Assembly: GCA_963841615.1 (NCBI GenBank)
Contig: CAWJDI010000001.1
Location: 65,020-129,019, forward strand
Direction: 5' to 3'
Origin: an uncultured Alphaproteobacteria bacterium
GTDB lineage: Bacteria > Pseudomonadota > Alphaproteobacteria > Rhizobiales > Rhizobiaceae
DNA length: 64,000 nucleotides
In this document: positions 22,127 through 32,501 of the stretch, in pieces
How positions within the stretch are numbered: position 1 is the first letter of the stretch
Layout: each line of letters opens with the position of its first letter
Notes under the pieces: generated by a model
Database searches by the model: none
The model's input: the letters and a program-made list of their open reading frames with translations, nothing else
What the model was told of the DNA's origin: nothing
Position numbers and translations under genes: made by a program

Positions 22127-22996
22127 TTGCCAAAATTTCTTTTCGACAAAACCACATTTTATTCCGTAGCGGGTGCAGTCATCATCACATCCACCATAGC
22201 TTTGGCCGATGGGCATAGCGGTGTTGGTGACGATGTGATCGATGCTCAGAATTCTGCCCTGTCCGACGCCACGAAGGACAAGGGTTTCGGCCCGCAGTCG
22301 CCACGCGACCTTAGCGTGCTTGAAGGTGAAAACCCGCGCGTTGCCATGACGGCCCCGCCGTTCCAGTCGATGAACCTGTGCAACATTCACTTCCACGAGA
22401 ATGCCGAGCACAAGGGCGGTCAGTTCACCACGTATGCCGGCAATGGCGACGGCCAAGGCGCTGGCACGGGCTTCCGTTATGATGGCACGTTGAGCGAAGC
22501 CGAGCTCGCACCGCTGGACCGCACCATAGGCGCGGGCAAATACGGCGACCTAACTCCCGGCGACACGATCGAACTGCACTACGTTCATACGACCGCGCAG
22601 ATCACGCCCGGCCCGACGCTTGGCGCGTGCCTGAGCGATAGCATGGCCAACCCGCAGCTGCGCGTAGAGGCGCAGGTGTTTGTTCTGGTGAACGATGACA
22701 ACGCCGCCGACTTTGTGGCCTTGAACGAAGTTGCGACGGTCGATGGTGTGCATCAGGCCGTGAACATTCCAACCGATACCGGCACACCGATAACCTACGA
22801 AGGCTCAACCACCGGCCCAAGCTACAACCAGAAAGGTTCGCCATTGCTCGTGTCCTGGAGCGTTCGCCCCGACGTAAAAAAGGTGTCGATTGCCAGCGTC
22901 GAAGAGTGGCTGGCGGACAATCCGTTCGATGAGGTCGAAGCCCACGGCGTTCGCAATCTCGTTACCGATCCTGGTCTGATTTCCAACATCAACTAG
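22127..22996 (+). CDS. Secreted delta-class carbonic anhydrase-like protein
   Basis: Signal-like N-terminus and the segments GKGFGPQSPRD-like, NLCNIHFHENAEHKGG, GDTIELHYVHTT, PGPTLGACLS, NPQLRVEAQVFVLVND, YEGSTTGPSY and WSVRP, which I recall from the delta-CA (TWCA1-like) family. The start is a TTG at 22127 or nearby. Confidence 0.7.
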   Translation: MPKFLFDKTTFYSVAGAVIITSTIALADGHSGVGDDVIDAQNSALSDATKDKGFGPQSPRDLSVLEGENPRVAMTAPPFQSMNLCNIHFHENAEHKGGQFTTYAGNGDGQGAGTGFRYDGTLSEAELAPLDRTIGAGKYGDLTPGDTIELHYVHTTAQITPGPTLGACLSDSMANPQLRVEAQVFVLVNDDNAADFVALNEVATVDGVHQAVNIPTDTGTPITYEGSTTGPSYNQKGSPLLVSWSVRPDVKKVSIASVEEWLADNPFDEVEAHGVRNLVTDPGLISNIN

Positions 22997-23154
22997 CCGA
23001 GTTTTACTGGCAAACAGAAGTGCGGGAGATCGATTGTTCGGTCTCCCGCTTTTTGTGGTTCCGGTCGCTCTTGTGTTGCACAAGCGTGCGGTTAGGTTCG
23101 CGCAAACACTACCGGAGCCGTTTGGCCCGGTAGGCAGCATCCGGATTTTTGCTT

Positions 23155-24387
23155 ATGTCAGACGATGCTGCCGATCACGTTCCGTTCCGTCCGTTGGGCG
23201 CGTACGACTATCCCGCCGTGCCGACGCAGGAAGCTGTGCGGCGGTGGTGGGACATAATCATGGACCGCTTCCGGAATGAGGAAGATCAGCCGCTGATCGC
23301 TGGTGACGAACTGCACAGCGCGCCGGAAAAGCTGGTTGATGAAGTCGCCCCGCCACCGGCCTGCGGACCCCTGCTCGATGATCTCCAAATCACGCTCGAC
23401 GATTGGCTGGTTGATCCCGAACCTGCCGATCCGATCCGCCTGATCGTGCTGCCGCCGTGCGATGACAGCGAAATCCTGCAAACCTGGGTGCAAGGTCGCC
23501 CGCAGGGAAAAGCATTCACCCGCATCGATCCACCTTTACGCGAAGCGCTTATGGATGGCGGAACGCTCCCGGACCCTTTCAAGGGTAAGAGTGGTCCGAT
23601 CTTCATCCCGCGGCTCGAACGATGGTTCATCCGGCGTGTCGGCGGGCTGGATGCCGTGCGTGATTTGCTCGAAGCTATCGAACGCTATCCCGACAAGGTG
23701 CTGATCGGCTGCAACAGTTGGGCCTGGCAGTTTCTCGACAAGGCAGCGCAAGCCGGTATGGCCCTGCCGGAGCCGCTGATGTTTAGACAGTTCGATGCAG
23801 ACCGTTTGTTCAACTGGTTTCGCACAATGGCGCAATCCGAACCGTCGGGTGGAAAAAGCGCTGTGGTGGCGACGATACGTTTGCCCGGCACCGCTGGTCG
23901 CGTGTTCGACGATGACATGGAAGAAGGCGGCCCCGTGGAAGAGCATTTCCGCCGTATTGCCGCCGAAAGCCTCGGTATTCCGTGGATCGCATGGAACCTG
24001 TGGCGCGGCAGTTTACGCCAGGGCGACCTGAACGATTTGGGAGAAGGTGCCGGGTCCACCCTGCGCGACCTGAAGGACGAGACGACGCTGTGGACCTCCG
24101 CACTGGAGCAGCACACCCTGCCAAAGACCGGGGAACAAGCGACACTGATGACGCTGCACGCCCTGCTCATTCACGGCGGGTTGCACGCCCATGAAATCGA
24201 GGCCGTCGTGCCGTTTGGCGGCCATCACAATACAATACCGCTTCTGAGGCGCGCAGGCCTGATAACGCGACACAGCGATAACGGGACCGGGCCGGACGGT
24301 GAGGGTCGCTGGATTGTTGTCCCCTCCGCCTACCCCGCAATACGCAGCGGCTTGCAGACTGCAGGCATGCCGATGGACAGGTTGTAA
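23155..24387 (+). CDS. Hypothetical protein of about 410 aa
   Basis: Long ORF with codon usage like its neighbours, and its stop abuts the start of the next ORF. No family recognised. Confidence 0.65.
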   Translation: MSDDAADHVPFRPLGAYDYPAVPTQEAVRRWWDIIMDRFRNEEDQPLIAGDELHSAPEKLVDEVAPPPACGPLLDDLQITLDDWLVDPEPADPIRLIVLPPCDDSEILQTWVQGRPQGKAFTRIDPPLREALMDGGTLPDPFKGKSGPIFIPRLERWFIRRVGGLDAVRDLLEAIERYPDKVLIGCNSWAWQFLDKAAQAGMALPEPLMFRQFDADRLFNWFRTMAQSEPSGGKSAVVATIRLPGTAGRVFDDDMEEGGPVEEHFRRIAAESLGIPWIAWNLWRGSLRQGDLNDLGEGAGSTLRDLKDETTLWTSALEQHTLPKTGEQATLMTLHALLIHGGLHAHEIEAVVPFGGHHNTIPLLRRAGLITRHSDNGTGPDGEGRWIVVPSAYPAIRSGLQTAGMPMDRL

Positions 24388-24389
24388 CG

Positions 24390-25205
24390 ATGGACGGTGT
24401 TTCCGAGACCGGCAAGAAGGCCGGTAAGCTGCTGAACGACCTACAAGACATCTCGTTCTTCGAGATTATTCTGGTGGTTGCAGGCTCATGGCTGCTGATC
24501 TTCGCCATGCAGCGGTTCGTTCCGCGCCTTGCCAACCGGGGTCCAAACCAGCTTCGCCTCTACCTACTTGGCGCAGTGCCAATCCTGCGTCTGGTTCTAC
24601 TTGTCGGCGCGATCCTGTGGATCATTCCGATCATCTTCAACATCACGCTGCAAAACTTCCTCGTCATCGCCGGTGCCGCCAGTGTGGCAATCGGCTTTGC
24701 GTTCAAGGATTATGTCAGCAGCCTCATTGCGGGTATCGTCGCCATCATCGAGCGGCCCTACCGGCCCGGCGATTGGGTGACGATCGACGGGGACTATGGC
24801 GAAGTCACCAACGTCGGCACGCGGGCGTTAAGAATGGTAACGGCGTCGGACGATGTGGTCGTCGTGCCGCATGACCGCATCTGGTCGGAAAACATCCGCA
24901 ACTCGAACGACGGGTCCGGCACCCTCATGTGCGTGACGGATTTCTATGTGCATCCCGACCATGATGCGGTGCGGCTGCGTGCAATTTTGAAGGATGTCGC
25001 GCTGACCAGCGCCTATCTGAAATACGATAAGCCGGTTCATGTGATGCTGTCGCAGACGCCATTCGCCACCCATTACAAAGTGAAAGCCTACCCCTACGAC
25101 CTGCGCGATCAGTTCAGCTTCATCAGCGACATCACGGTGCGCGGCAAGCGCGCCATTGCGACGGTTGGCGCGGTGGAAGTGAGCGCGGCTATCGCGGTTG
25201 AGTAG
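24390..25205 (+). CDS. Small-conductance mechanosensitive channel (MscS) family protein
   Basis: Three TM helices, then AIGFAFKDYVSSLIAG, ERPYRPGDWVTIDGDYGEVTNVGTRA and VVVVPH. Confidence 0.85.
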   Translation: MDGVSETGKKAGKLLNDLQDISFFEIILVVAGSWLLIFAMQRFVPRLANRGPNQLRLYLLGAVPILRLVLLVGAILWIIPIIFNITLQNFLVIAGAASVAIGFAFKDYVSSLIAGIVAIIERPYRPGDWVTIDGDYGEVTNVGTRALRMVTASDDVVVVPHDRIWSENIRNSNDGSGTLMCVTDFYVHPDHDAVRLRAILKDVALTSAYLKYDKPVHVMLSQTPFATHYKVKAYPYDLRDQFSFISDITVRGKRAIATVGAVEVSAAIAVE

Positions 25206-25294
25206 CGCACAGCTCAAACCGTCTTGAAATCGCCCCCGTGCTGTGGTCGTTTCTCAGTAGTGCAAATCCGACTACATTCAATCAAGAGGTTTCC

Positions 25295-26068
25295 ATGACC
25301 ACCACACGCCGCACTTTTCTCGTTTCGTCCGCCGCTGCTGCGGGTGCCATCACGCTGCTTCCCTATGGCGCGCTGGCCGACGCCCATTCCTCAAACGTGT
25401 TCAAGACGGATGCGGGTGACATCACCGTCCACCCGATCAACCACGCCTCGGTCGTAATCGAGACGCCAAAAGGCACGATTTACGTTGATCCGGTTGGCGC
25501 GGTGTCTGCACTCGGCGCATATCCGAAAGCCGATCTCGTTCTCGTCACACACGAGCATGGTGACCACTATAACGCCGATACCCTGTCCGCTGTGAAACGC
25601 GACGAAACGCCGATGATCGTGAATCCGGCTGTGATGGGCATGTTGCCGGACCGGCTGAAGCCGAACACGGTTGCCCTGGCAAATGGTGACAGCGGCACAA
25701 TCCTCGGCAGCGCGGCCATCGACGCCATTCCCGCCTACAACCTTGCCGAAGACAAGCAGAAGTTCCACCCCAAGGGGCGCGACAACGGCTACATCCTCAC
25801 GCTGGACGGCTTCCGCATCTACATTTCCGGCGACACGGAAGATATTCCGGAAATGCGGGCGCTGGAGAACATCGATCTCGCTTTCGTGTGCATGAATTTG
25901 CCCTTCACGATGCCAGCCGAAGCGGCTGCGAGCGCGGTCAACGAATTCAAGCCAAAATTCGTCTATCCCTACCACTATCGCGGACGCGATGGTGGCACGC
26001 AGGACCCGCAGGAATTCGCCAAACTGGTGGACAGCGGCACCGAGGTGAAGCTGGGCGACTGGTATTAG
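25295..26068 (+). CDS. MBL-fold metallo-hydrolase with Tat signal peptide
   Basis: Tat motif TRRTFL; motifs HASVVI, YVDP, LVTHEHGDH, IYISGDT and VYPYHY. Confidence 0.85.
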   Translation: MTTTRRTFLVSSAAAAGAITLLPYGALADAHSSNVFKTDAGDITVHPINHASVVIETPKGTIYVDPVGAVSALGAYPKADLVLVTHEHGDHYNADTLSAVKRDETPMIVNPAVMGMLPDRLKPNTVALANGDSGTILGSAAIDAIPAYNLAEDKQKFHPKGRDNGYILTLDGFRIYISGDTEDIPEMRALENIDLAFVCMNLPFTMPAEAAASAVNEFKPKFVYPYHYRGRDGGTQDPQEFAKLVDSGTEVKLGDWY

Positions 26069-26094
26069 GAGCCTCACCGACAATACGCATCAAA

Positions 26095-26130
26095 GAAAAG
26101 GGCCACTCGAAAGAGCGGCCCTTTTGCGTT
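26095..26130. terminator. Bidirectional hairpin terminator between convergent genes
   Basis: The sequence aaaagggccactcgaaagagcggccctttt is an inverted repeat with A/T tails. Confidence 0.7.
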
Positions 26131-26146
26131 TTTCATCGATCGGACC

Positions 26147-27169
26147 TTAGCGTTCCAGCGGACGCTCGCGACGACCGGCACCTGCACCGGCAACGGCGGC
26201 ACCGAGACCGAGAAGCGAAGCTATGAAAGCCCAGAACGAAGCCGTCCCAAGGGCATCAGTCGCCTGCTGTGCAACGTCAAGCGCTTCGGCACGGGCATCT
26301 TCGAGCGCCTTGGTGGCGTTGTCGAATGTGGTCTTGGCCCGGGTTTCCCAACGGGCGACCAGCTGCTCGGCCTCCTGAGGGGTCACGCCAAACCGGCGTT
26401 CCATGACTGTGACGAGTTCCGCACGGTCTTCCTGGGAAATGACACCTCCACGACCGACGAGATTGTCGATTGCAGCATCAATGTCACTCATTGCGTCGCC
26501 CGGCGAGCGGATGATATCAGTCGCGGTGTTCGTCGCAATGGAAGCGGCGCGGTTGCGCTCTTCCTCACTGATGACGTTGTTGAACGCCTCACGCGCTTCA
26601 GCCTGCATGGACGACGCCGTCACGCCTTGATCGCGCAATGCCTGCTGGACGCTGGAGGGCAGATCGGACATTTGCATTTCTGGCAGATTGAAGTTCGGCA
26701 GGTCATTCGGGATGACCGCAGCAGCCGCATTCTGCGCCGTGCTGGCCGCACTGGAAATTGCTGAGACAGTGTTATTGTAAAGCAGCGTTGCACCGGATGT
26801 TGCCAGATAAACAGCTGCAAGCGTGGTCAAGCCCCATACGGACGCGCCGTGCAACATGGCATTCTGCTTGTCCCATGTGGCGGACATACGGGATGCCGCG
26901 TAACCACCGACCGCGAGAGCAATAAGCTGGCAAATAACGAAATAGATGGCCGATACGACCGACATGGTCGCAATCGAATCCGTTTCGCCGCCTGGTTCTG
27001 TTGCCCACAAGCCTATACCAGCGCCGAGAAGGCCCAGCATAACCATTATAGCGAGGCCAATGACGGTACCGGCAAAAATGCCGCCCCATGAAACTTTCTT
27101 ACGTTCTGGTGCCAGCGCACCAACGGCGGCCGGCATGGTGCCAACGACAGGCTGTGTTGTTACGGTCAT
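26147..27169 (-). CDS. Hypothetical membrane protein (PhnA-like / YrzE-like, alphaproteobacterial)
   Basis: The N-terminus VSWGGIFAGTVIGLA..LLGLLGAGIG has four TM segments, followed by a helical Ala-rich region and a C-terminal TM. Confidence 0.6.
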   Translation of the reverse strand: MTVTTQPVVGTMPAAVGALAPERKKVSWGGIFAGTVIGLAIMVMLGLLGAGIGLWATEPGGETDSIATMSVVSAIYFVICQLIALAVGGYAASRMSATWDKQNAMLHGASVWGLTTLAAVYLATSGATLLYNNTVSAISSAASTAQNAAAAVIPNDLPNFNLPEMQMSDLPSSVQQALRDQGVTASSMQAEAREAFNNVISEEERNRAASIATNTATDIIRSPGDAMSDIDAAIDNLVGRGGVISQEDRAELVTVMERRFGVTPQEAEQLVARWETRAKTTFDNATKALEDARAEALDVAQQATDALGTASFWAFIASLLGLGAAVAGAGAGRRERPLER

Positions 27170-27343
27170 GTCTATTTCCTGATTTCCCAAACCCGCACGT
27201 CATGATTGGGTTTCGGCTGGCTAACGCAAAAGAAGCCATTCGGTTCACGCCAGCGTCATGAAAGCCGATACGTAGGTGCACAACGTGGGAACCAAAATTC
27301 GTTAGCGTGGTTGGATTTTCATAGCAACCAGGAGAACACGATC

Positions 27344-27511
27344 ATGGCGAATACAGACCAGTCCGAAGGCAGTGCCAAGAAGATCAAAGGCGACCTGAAG
27401 GAAGCCGCAGGCAAGCTCACGGGCGACAAGGACATGGAGACGGAAGGCCAGGCAGATCAGGCCGAGGGCACCGTTCAGAAGACCTGGGGCGACGTGAAGG
27501 ACTCTGTCTAG
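27344..27511 (+). CDS. csbD: CsbD family general stress protein
   Basis: [55 protein letters not shown], with RBS aggaga upstream. Confidence 0.9.
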   Translation: MANTDQSEGSAKKIKGDLKEAAGKLTGDKDMETEGQADQAEGTVQKTWGDVKDSV

Positions 27512-28203
27512 ACCGACCCCACTGCCGAACGAATAGCGGCGACGACTTCGCATACCAGCGGGCCGTCGCCGCTTTTTTGTGCGCCGATGAGTGTGGCCTG
27601 ACTTTTCAGGATAACGCCGTCGTCCAGCACTTTGAGATAGTTGGCCCGGATTGTGGAGCCCGTTGATGTGATATCCACGATCACATCCGCAGCGCCGGTT
27701 GCCGGTGCGCCCTCGGTCGCGCCAAGGCTTTCCACGATGCGATAAACACCGACGCCGTGGTGGCCGAAAAAGCCTTGCGTCAGCTGCCAGTATTTTGTCG
27801 CCACCCGCAGTCTGCGGCCGGTGCGCCCGCGGTGGGCGGCGGCGACGTCATCGAGATCGGCCATTGTGTCCACGTCGATCCACGCTTGCGGCACGGCAAC
27901 GACCACATCGGCATGGCCGAAGCCGAGAACGGCATGAAACGTGACGGCCTCGTCAACGTTAGCTATGGTTTCCCGCGCGAGATCTTCCCCCGTTACGCCT
28001 AAATCGACCCCGCCACGTGCCAGTTCACCAGCGATTTCCGAAGCCGATAGAAACGCAATGGCAAGGTCTTCGCGTCCTTCCACATGGCTTTGATAGCCCC
28101 GCTCGTCGGCCAATGGTACGACGGGCAGACCGGCGCGGGCGAACACGTCCAGCGTATCTGCCTTCAACCGGCCTTTGCTGGGGATGGCAATGGTGATTGT
28201 CAT
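27508..28203 (-). CDS. hisG: ATP phosphoribosyltransferase, short form
   Basis: Motifs [34 protein letters not shown] and DITSTGST. Confidence 0.93.
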   Translation of the reverse strand: MTITIAIPSKGRLKADTLDVFARAGLPVVPLADERGYQSHVEGREDLAIAFLSASEIAGELARGGVDLGVTGEDLARETIANVDEAVTFHAVLGFGHADVVVAVPQAWIDVDTMADLDDVAAAHRGRTGRRLRVATKYWQLTQGFFGHHGVGVYRIVESLGATEGAPATGAADVIVDITSTGSTIRANYLKVLDDGVILKSQATLIGAQKSGDGPLVCEVVAAIRSAVGSV

Positions 28204-29261
28204 GCCCGCCCTTCCAGTCCAAGCCGGTCCAGCGAGATGGAGAAGCCCACGGCAGGCACAGGCGCTTTTGCGCCCAGCAGCGTGCAGAGCCGGTCGTAGC
28301 GCCCGCCCCCGGCGACGGCTTCCGCAACGCCGGAGCGATGGGCTTCGAATACGACGCCGGAATAATATTCCAGCCGCCGCCCGAAGGAGGCGCGGTAGGT
28401 GACGGGGGCCACCCCGATTGCGTCGGCACGGATGGCGAAAGTTTTCAGCGCGTTGCCGAACTCGACGCCGCTCTGCGCGCCGTATGCATGAAGCCGGTCA
28501 GCGGTTTCCGCGAGCGGTGCCTCGATAGCGAGGAAATCGCGCAGCGCCTGCGCCCGCGTGCTGTCGAGGCGGAAGCCGGCGACCTGCGCCCGCTCGATGG
28601 CGCGGGTGGCGATGGCCGATGCGGAGCGTCCACCGGTTGCGGGCAGTGCCGCCTGCCGCATCATGTCGGCCACATGGTCGGTCAACGCGGGCAAATCGCC
28701 GTCCAGCGCCAGTGTGGCGGCACGATCCGCCGGGGCAGCGACGGGGTCCGGCGCGGCGGTGAGACGGTCGATGATCGCGTCCACCTGCGCCGGTTCGCCG
28801 AAAGCGCGGGACAGGCGGGCGGCTATGGTTTTGGGCAGACCGAGGTTTTCCACCACCCTGTCGAACAGGGCATGGTCGCCCAGCGTGACCCTTACATCAT
28901 CCGCTCCTGCAAGAGCCAGTGCCCCCAACATATCCGCCAGTGCGGCGGCGTCGCGGGCGGGGGTCGGGTCGTGGCCCAAATCTTCCAGACCGGCCTGCCG
29001 GAACTCGTTCGCACCGCCGCGCTCCTGCCGGAACACGGTGCCGTCATAGGCGTAACGTCCTGCGGGCAGGTTCATCAGGCAGATGGGAATGGTGAACTCG
29101 GGCCGCAGGCATAGCGGCGCGCCGTCCGCCATCTGCGTCATGAACACCCGCCGTCGCATGTCCTCCCCCGTCACGTCGAGAAACGGGTCGGCGGGTTGCA
29201 GGATGGCGACGAGGGGCCGCGCGTCGGTGCGCGCGTCGAGAAAGGCGGTGAGGTCAGGCAT
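28200..29261 (-). CDS. hisZ: ATP phosphoribosyltransferase regulatory subunit HisZ
   Basis: Motifs [28 protein letters not shown] and GGGRYDRL; adjacent to the short hisG. Confidence 0.88.
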   Translation of the reverse strand: MPDLTAFLDARTDARPLVAILQPADPFLDVTGEDMRRRVFMTQMADGAPLCLRPEFTIPICLMNLPAGRYAYDGTVFRQERGGANEFRQAGLEDLGHDPTPARDAAALADMLGALALAGADDVRVTLGDHALFDRVVENLGLPKTIAARLSRAFGEPAQVDAIIDRLTAAPDPVAAPADRAATLALDGDLPALTDHVADMMRQAALPATGGRSASAIATRAIERAQVAGFRLDSTRAQALRDFLAIEAPLAETADRLHAYGAQSGVEFGNALKTFAIRADAIGVAPVTYRASFGRRLEYYSGVVFEAHRSGVAEAVAGGGRYDRLCTLLGAKAPVPAVGFSISLDRLGLEGRA

Positions 29262-30885
29262 TGCGGGTAAGGATTTTCCGAACAGTCTCGACCATGTCTC
29301 CCACCTTCACCGTCTGCTGCGCGGGGCGTACGCCCTCTTCGCCGCGCCATTCCGTGTGGTCGGTGATGATCGGCGGAAAGCCGCGCGCCCTCGACCAGAT
29401 CCTTGATCTGCACTTCGCCGTTCTCGCGCTCGGCGCTGCCCTGAATGATGGCAATGGGCGAGCCGCGCCGGTCGGCATATTGCAGCTGCTTGCCAAAGTT
29501 CTTCGGGTTGCCCTGATACATTTCGCCGCAGGCTGAATGCCAGCGGCATGTCGGACTCCGCAGCTCTGCACCAGTTTCTGATACCCCGCCAGCGCTTCGG
29601 CGTCGCTGTCCATGACGGTGACGACGATCGGTCCCTTCCGAGGCTTCGGCGTCCAGCTTGCCGAGGTTTTTCAGCGCGGTCGCAAGGCGGGAGACGCCGA
29701 TGGAAAAGCCGGTGGCCGGAACGTCCTGCCCCGTGAACCGCTTTACGAGGCCGTCATAGCGCCCGCCGCCTGCGACGGAGCCGAATTGGACGATCTCGCC
29801 CTTTTCGTTGGGAATGTCAGCAGAATTTCACACTCGAAGACAGTGCCGGTGTAGTATTCGAGACCGCGGACGCAGGTTGGATCAAACAGTATCCTGTCTT
29901 CTTCGAACCCACATTTTCGCGCCAACCCGAGAAGCCGCTTTATGTTGGAAAAGGCATCTCGCCTCATCTTGGACAGTTTAATTATTTCCAGTCCATACGC
30001 GGCGTTTGATTCATGCGCTGTTTCGAAGACAATCTTGTGCGTGTTTTCGAGCCCTTGATCGAAGATGTCCGCGATATCTGCATCTTCTTTAGTTGGCACC
30101 CACCCCGGACGAGATTGACGATTGTAAGCGGCTGCAATTTCCAGCGTGTCTAAAAGCAATTCCGCCTTCCCTAAAGGCAGGCCATTGCCCTTAGTGAAAT
30201 CTCCACTTTCGTCTTGCCTGCCAGACGTAAGGTACTGCAACACTCCGTCGCGCCCAAAGCGGTCATATTTATCCAACGACCGCATAATTGCGAGGGACGA
30301 GATAGCTTTCATATTTTTATCGACACCAAAATGTCGGATCACAAACTCTCAGGAACTCGCGATTGTTCACCCGCACAACATAATCACCGCGCTTCACCCC
30401 CAGCGCTTCCATCGTGTCGGCCATCATCATGCACATCTCGGCGTCCGCCGCCGGACCCGAAGCGCCCACCAGTCCGCGTCAAACTGCATGAACTGCCGGA
30501 ACCGCCCCGGCCCCGGCTTTTCGTTGCGAAACACGTAGCCTGCGCGATACGTGCGATACGGCATCTGTATCTCGTTGATGTTCTGCGCCACATGCCGCGC
30601 GAGGGGCGCGGTCATGTCGTAGCGCAGGCTCATCCACTGGTCGTCATCGTCGGTCAGGCTGAACACGCCCTCGTTGGGGCGGTCGGTGTCGGGCAGGAAT
30701 TTGCCCAGCGCGTCGGTATATTCGAACATCGGCGTTTCGATGGGGTCGAAGCCGTAGCGCTCGAACACTTCGCGGATTTTCGCCATCATCGCGTCGGTAG
30801 CGCGAATGTCGGCGGCCATGCGGTCCTGAAAACCACGGGGCTGCCGCGCCTTTAGGCGTTGCGGTTTTTTCTTCTTGTCGGCCAT
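29261..30885 (-). pseudogene. hisS: Histidine--tRNA ligase, split over several frames (probably sequence errors)
   Basis: The N-terminal part (30427-30885) has [29 protein letters not shown] and [12 protein letters not shown]. The middle ORF (29743-30342) has DPTCVRGLEYYTG. C-terminal fragments ([20 protein letters not shown]...GEVQIKDL) are in other frames. Confidence 0.85.
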
Positions 30886-31029
30886 GGGGCGGCTCTCGTC
30901 TATTAGGAAAAGGCAGGCGAAACAGGCTTGAAGGCGCCCGCTGACGAGCGGACGTTCAAGCGGCGCTATGTCGATGCGAATGTAATGCCTGTGCCATATC
31001 TCGCGGCATAAACCGCTCGACCAATAATC

Positions 31030-31668
31030 TCAAGAAGGCTTCACAAACGCATCTTGCGCCGCCTGCGTGATGGCCCGCGCGGCGCAGCCCTCGATATGGT
31101 CGTTCACCAGCCCCATCGCCTGCATAAAGGCGTAGCAGGTGGTTGGGCCGACGAACGACCAGCCGCGCTTCTTCAGCGCCTTCGACATGGCTGTGGAGGC
31201 TGGCGTAAAACCCACTGCCATAACGCTTTCCGCATCCATCACCGCGGGCCGGTCGTCTTTCGCCTGTTCCGCCCAGCCCCAGAACCACGCGCCGAGCGAG
31301 CCGTGGCTCTCGACCATTTCCAGCGCCCGTGCCGCATTATTGATGGTGGAGACGATCTTGCCGCGATGGCGCACGATGCCCGCATCGTTCACCAGCCGCT
31401 CGATTTCGGCGTCGCCGTAACGGGCGACCTTCGCGAAATCGAAATCGTCAAAAGCGGCGCGAAAATTCTCGCGCTTACGCAAAATCGTTAACCACGACAG
31501 GCCGGACTGGAATCCCTCCAGGCAAATCTTCTCGAAAAGCCGGTGCTCGTCGTCCTGCGGCATGCCCCATTCGGTGTCGTGATAGGTGACATAATCCGAC
31601 TTATCGCCGCACCATAGGCAGCGGCTCACGCCATCTTCGCTGACGATCAGCCCGGTTCGGTCGTCCAT
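31030..31668 (-). CDS. tag: DNA-3-methyladenine glycosylase I
   Basis: Motifs YHDTEWG, LFEKICLEGFQSGLSW, IVRHRGKI and LKKRGWSFVGPTTCYAFMQAMGLVNDH. Confidence 0.95.
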   Translation of the reverse strand: MDDRTGLIVSEDGVSRCLWCGDKSDYVTYHDTEWGMPQDDEHRLFEKICLEGFQSGLSWLTILRKRENFRAAFDDFDFAKVARYGDAEIERLVNDAGIVRHRGKIVSTINNAARALEMVESHGSLGAWFWGWAEQAKDDRPAVMDAESVMAVGFTPASTAMSKALKKRGWSFVGPTTCYAFMQAMGLVNDHIEGCAARAITQAAQDAFVKPS

Positions 31669-31753
31669 GGTCGCGCCCTCACATTGGCTCTCGCCGCCAG
31701 CATCATGGCGTGCGATTGTGCCTTAACACGGCAAGCGCGCGCGGGAATCACAA

Positions 31754-32501
31754 ATGGGTCGGTTGGCAGCGGCATGGGCCGTCATATGCACCCTGTTGCT
31801 TTCAGCCTGCGTGTCCGGCGCCGCTCCGCGCGATGCGTATAGCGTGGCCGGCCTGTCGGACGGGTTTCGCAAGACGGTGTTCGGCGCGGAATACGGTGCT
31901 CTGGCGCTGTCCGATACGTTTTCGGAAAATTACGTCCGCCGCTTCGAGGGACCGGTGCGGTTTTTCGTGCGCGCGCCGGTCAAGAGGCGACGAGCGGCGA
32001 CAGAAAGAAGTAGAGCGCTTCATCGCGCGCATCGACCGGCTGATCGACAATTTCGATGCCGTGGTGGTGCGCAACGAAAGGCCGACGCCAATTTCGTCGT
32101 TCAATCTGGTACCCCGGGCGCTTTACGCCGAGACGGTGCGAGCACGTATTTACGACGGCGAGCCGACCCCCGTGCGCGGGCGGTGCCTCGTGCGGGCGCG
32201 TTTTACCCGCGACGGCATTTCGCGCTCCGATGCGGTGATCGTGACCGACGAGGGCGGGTCGCTGTTCTCCCGCTGCATGACGGAAGAGATATTGCAGGGT
32301 CTTGGTCCGCTCAACGACGATGCAAGCCTTGCGAAATCGATCTTCAACGACACGTCCCGCTTCACCAATTTCCGCCGCTTCGACCGCCTGTTGCTCAACA
32401 TGCTCTACGACCGCCGCATCCGCAGCGGCTTTTCCCGCAGTGAGGTGGAGCCGTTGCTGCCGGACCTTGCGGAAGGCGCGTTGCAGGCCGTCCAGCGGTG
32501 A
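31754..32501 (+). CDS. DUF2927-like lipoprotein, frameshifted near 31985
   Basis: The lipobox LLLSAC is in ORF 31754. The C-terminal EEILQGLGPLND...SIFND...DRLLLNMLYDRRIRSG is in ORF 31710-32501, a different frame. Confidence 0.65.
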
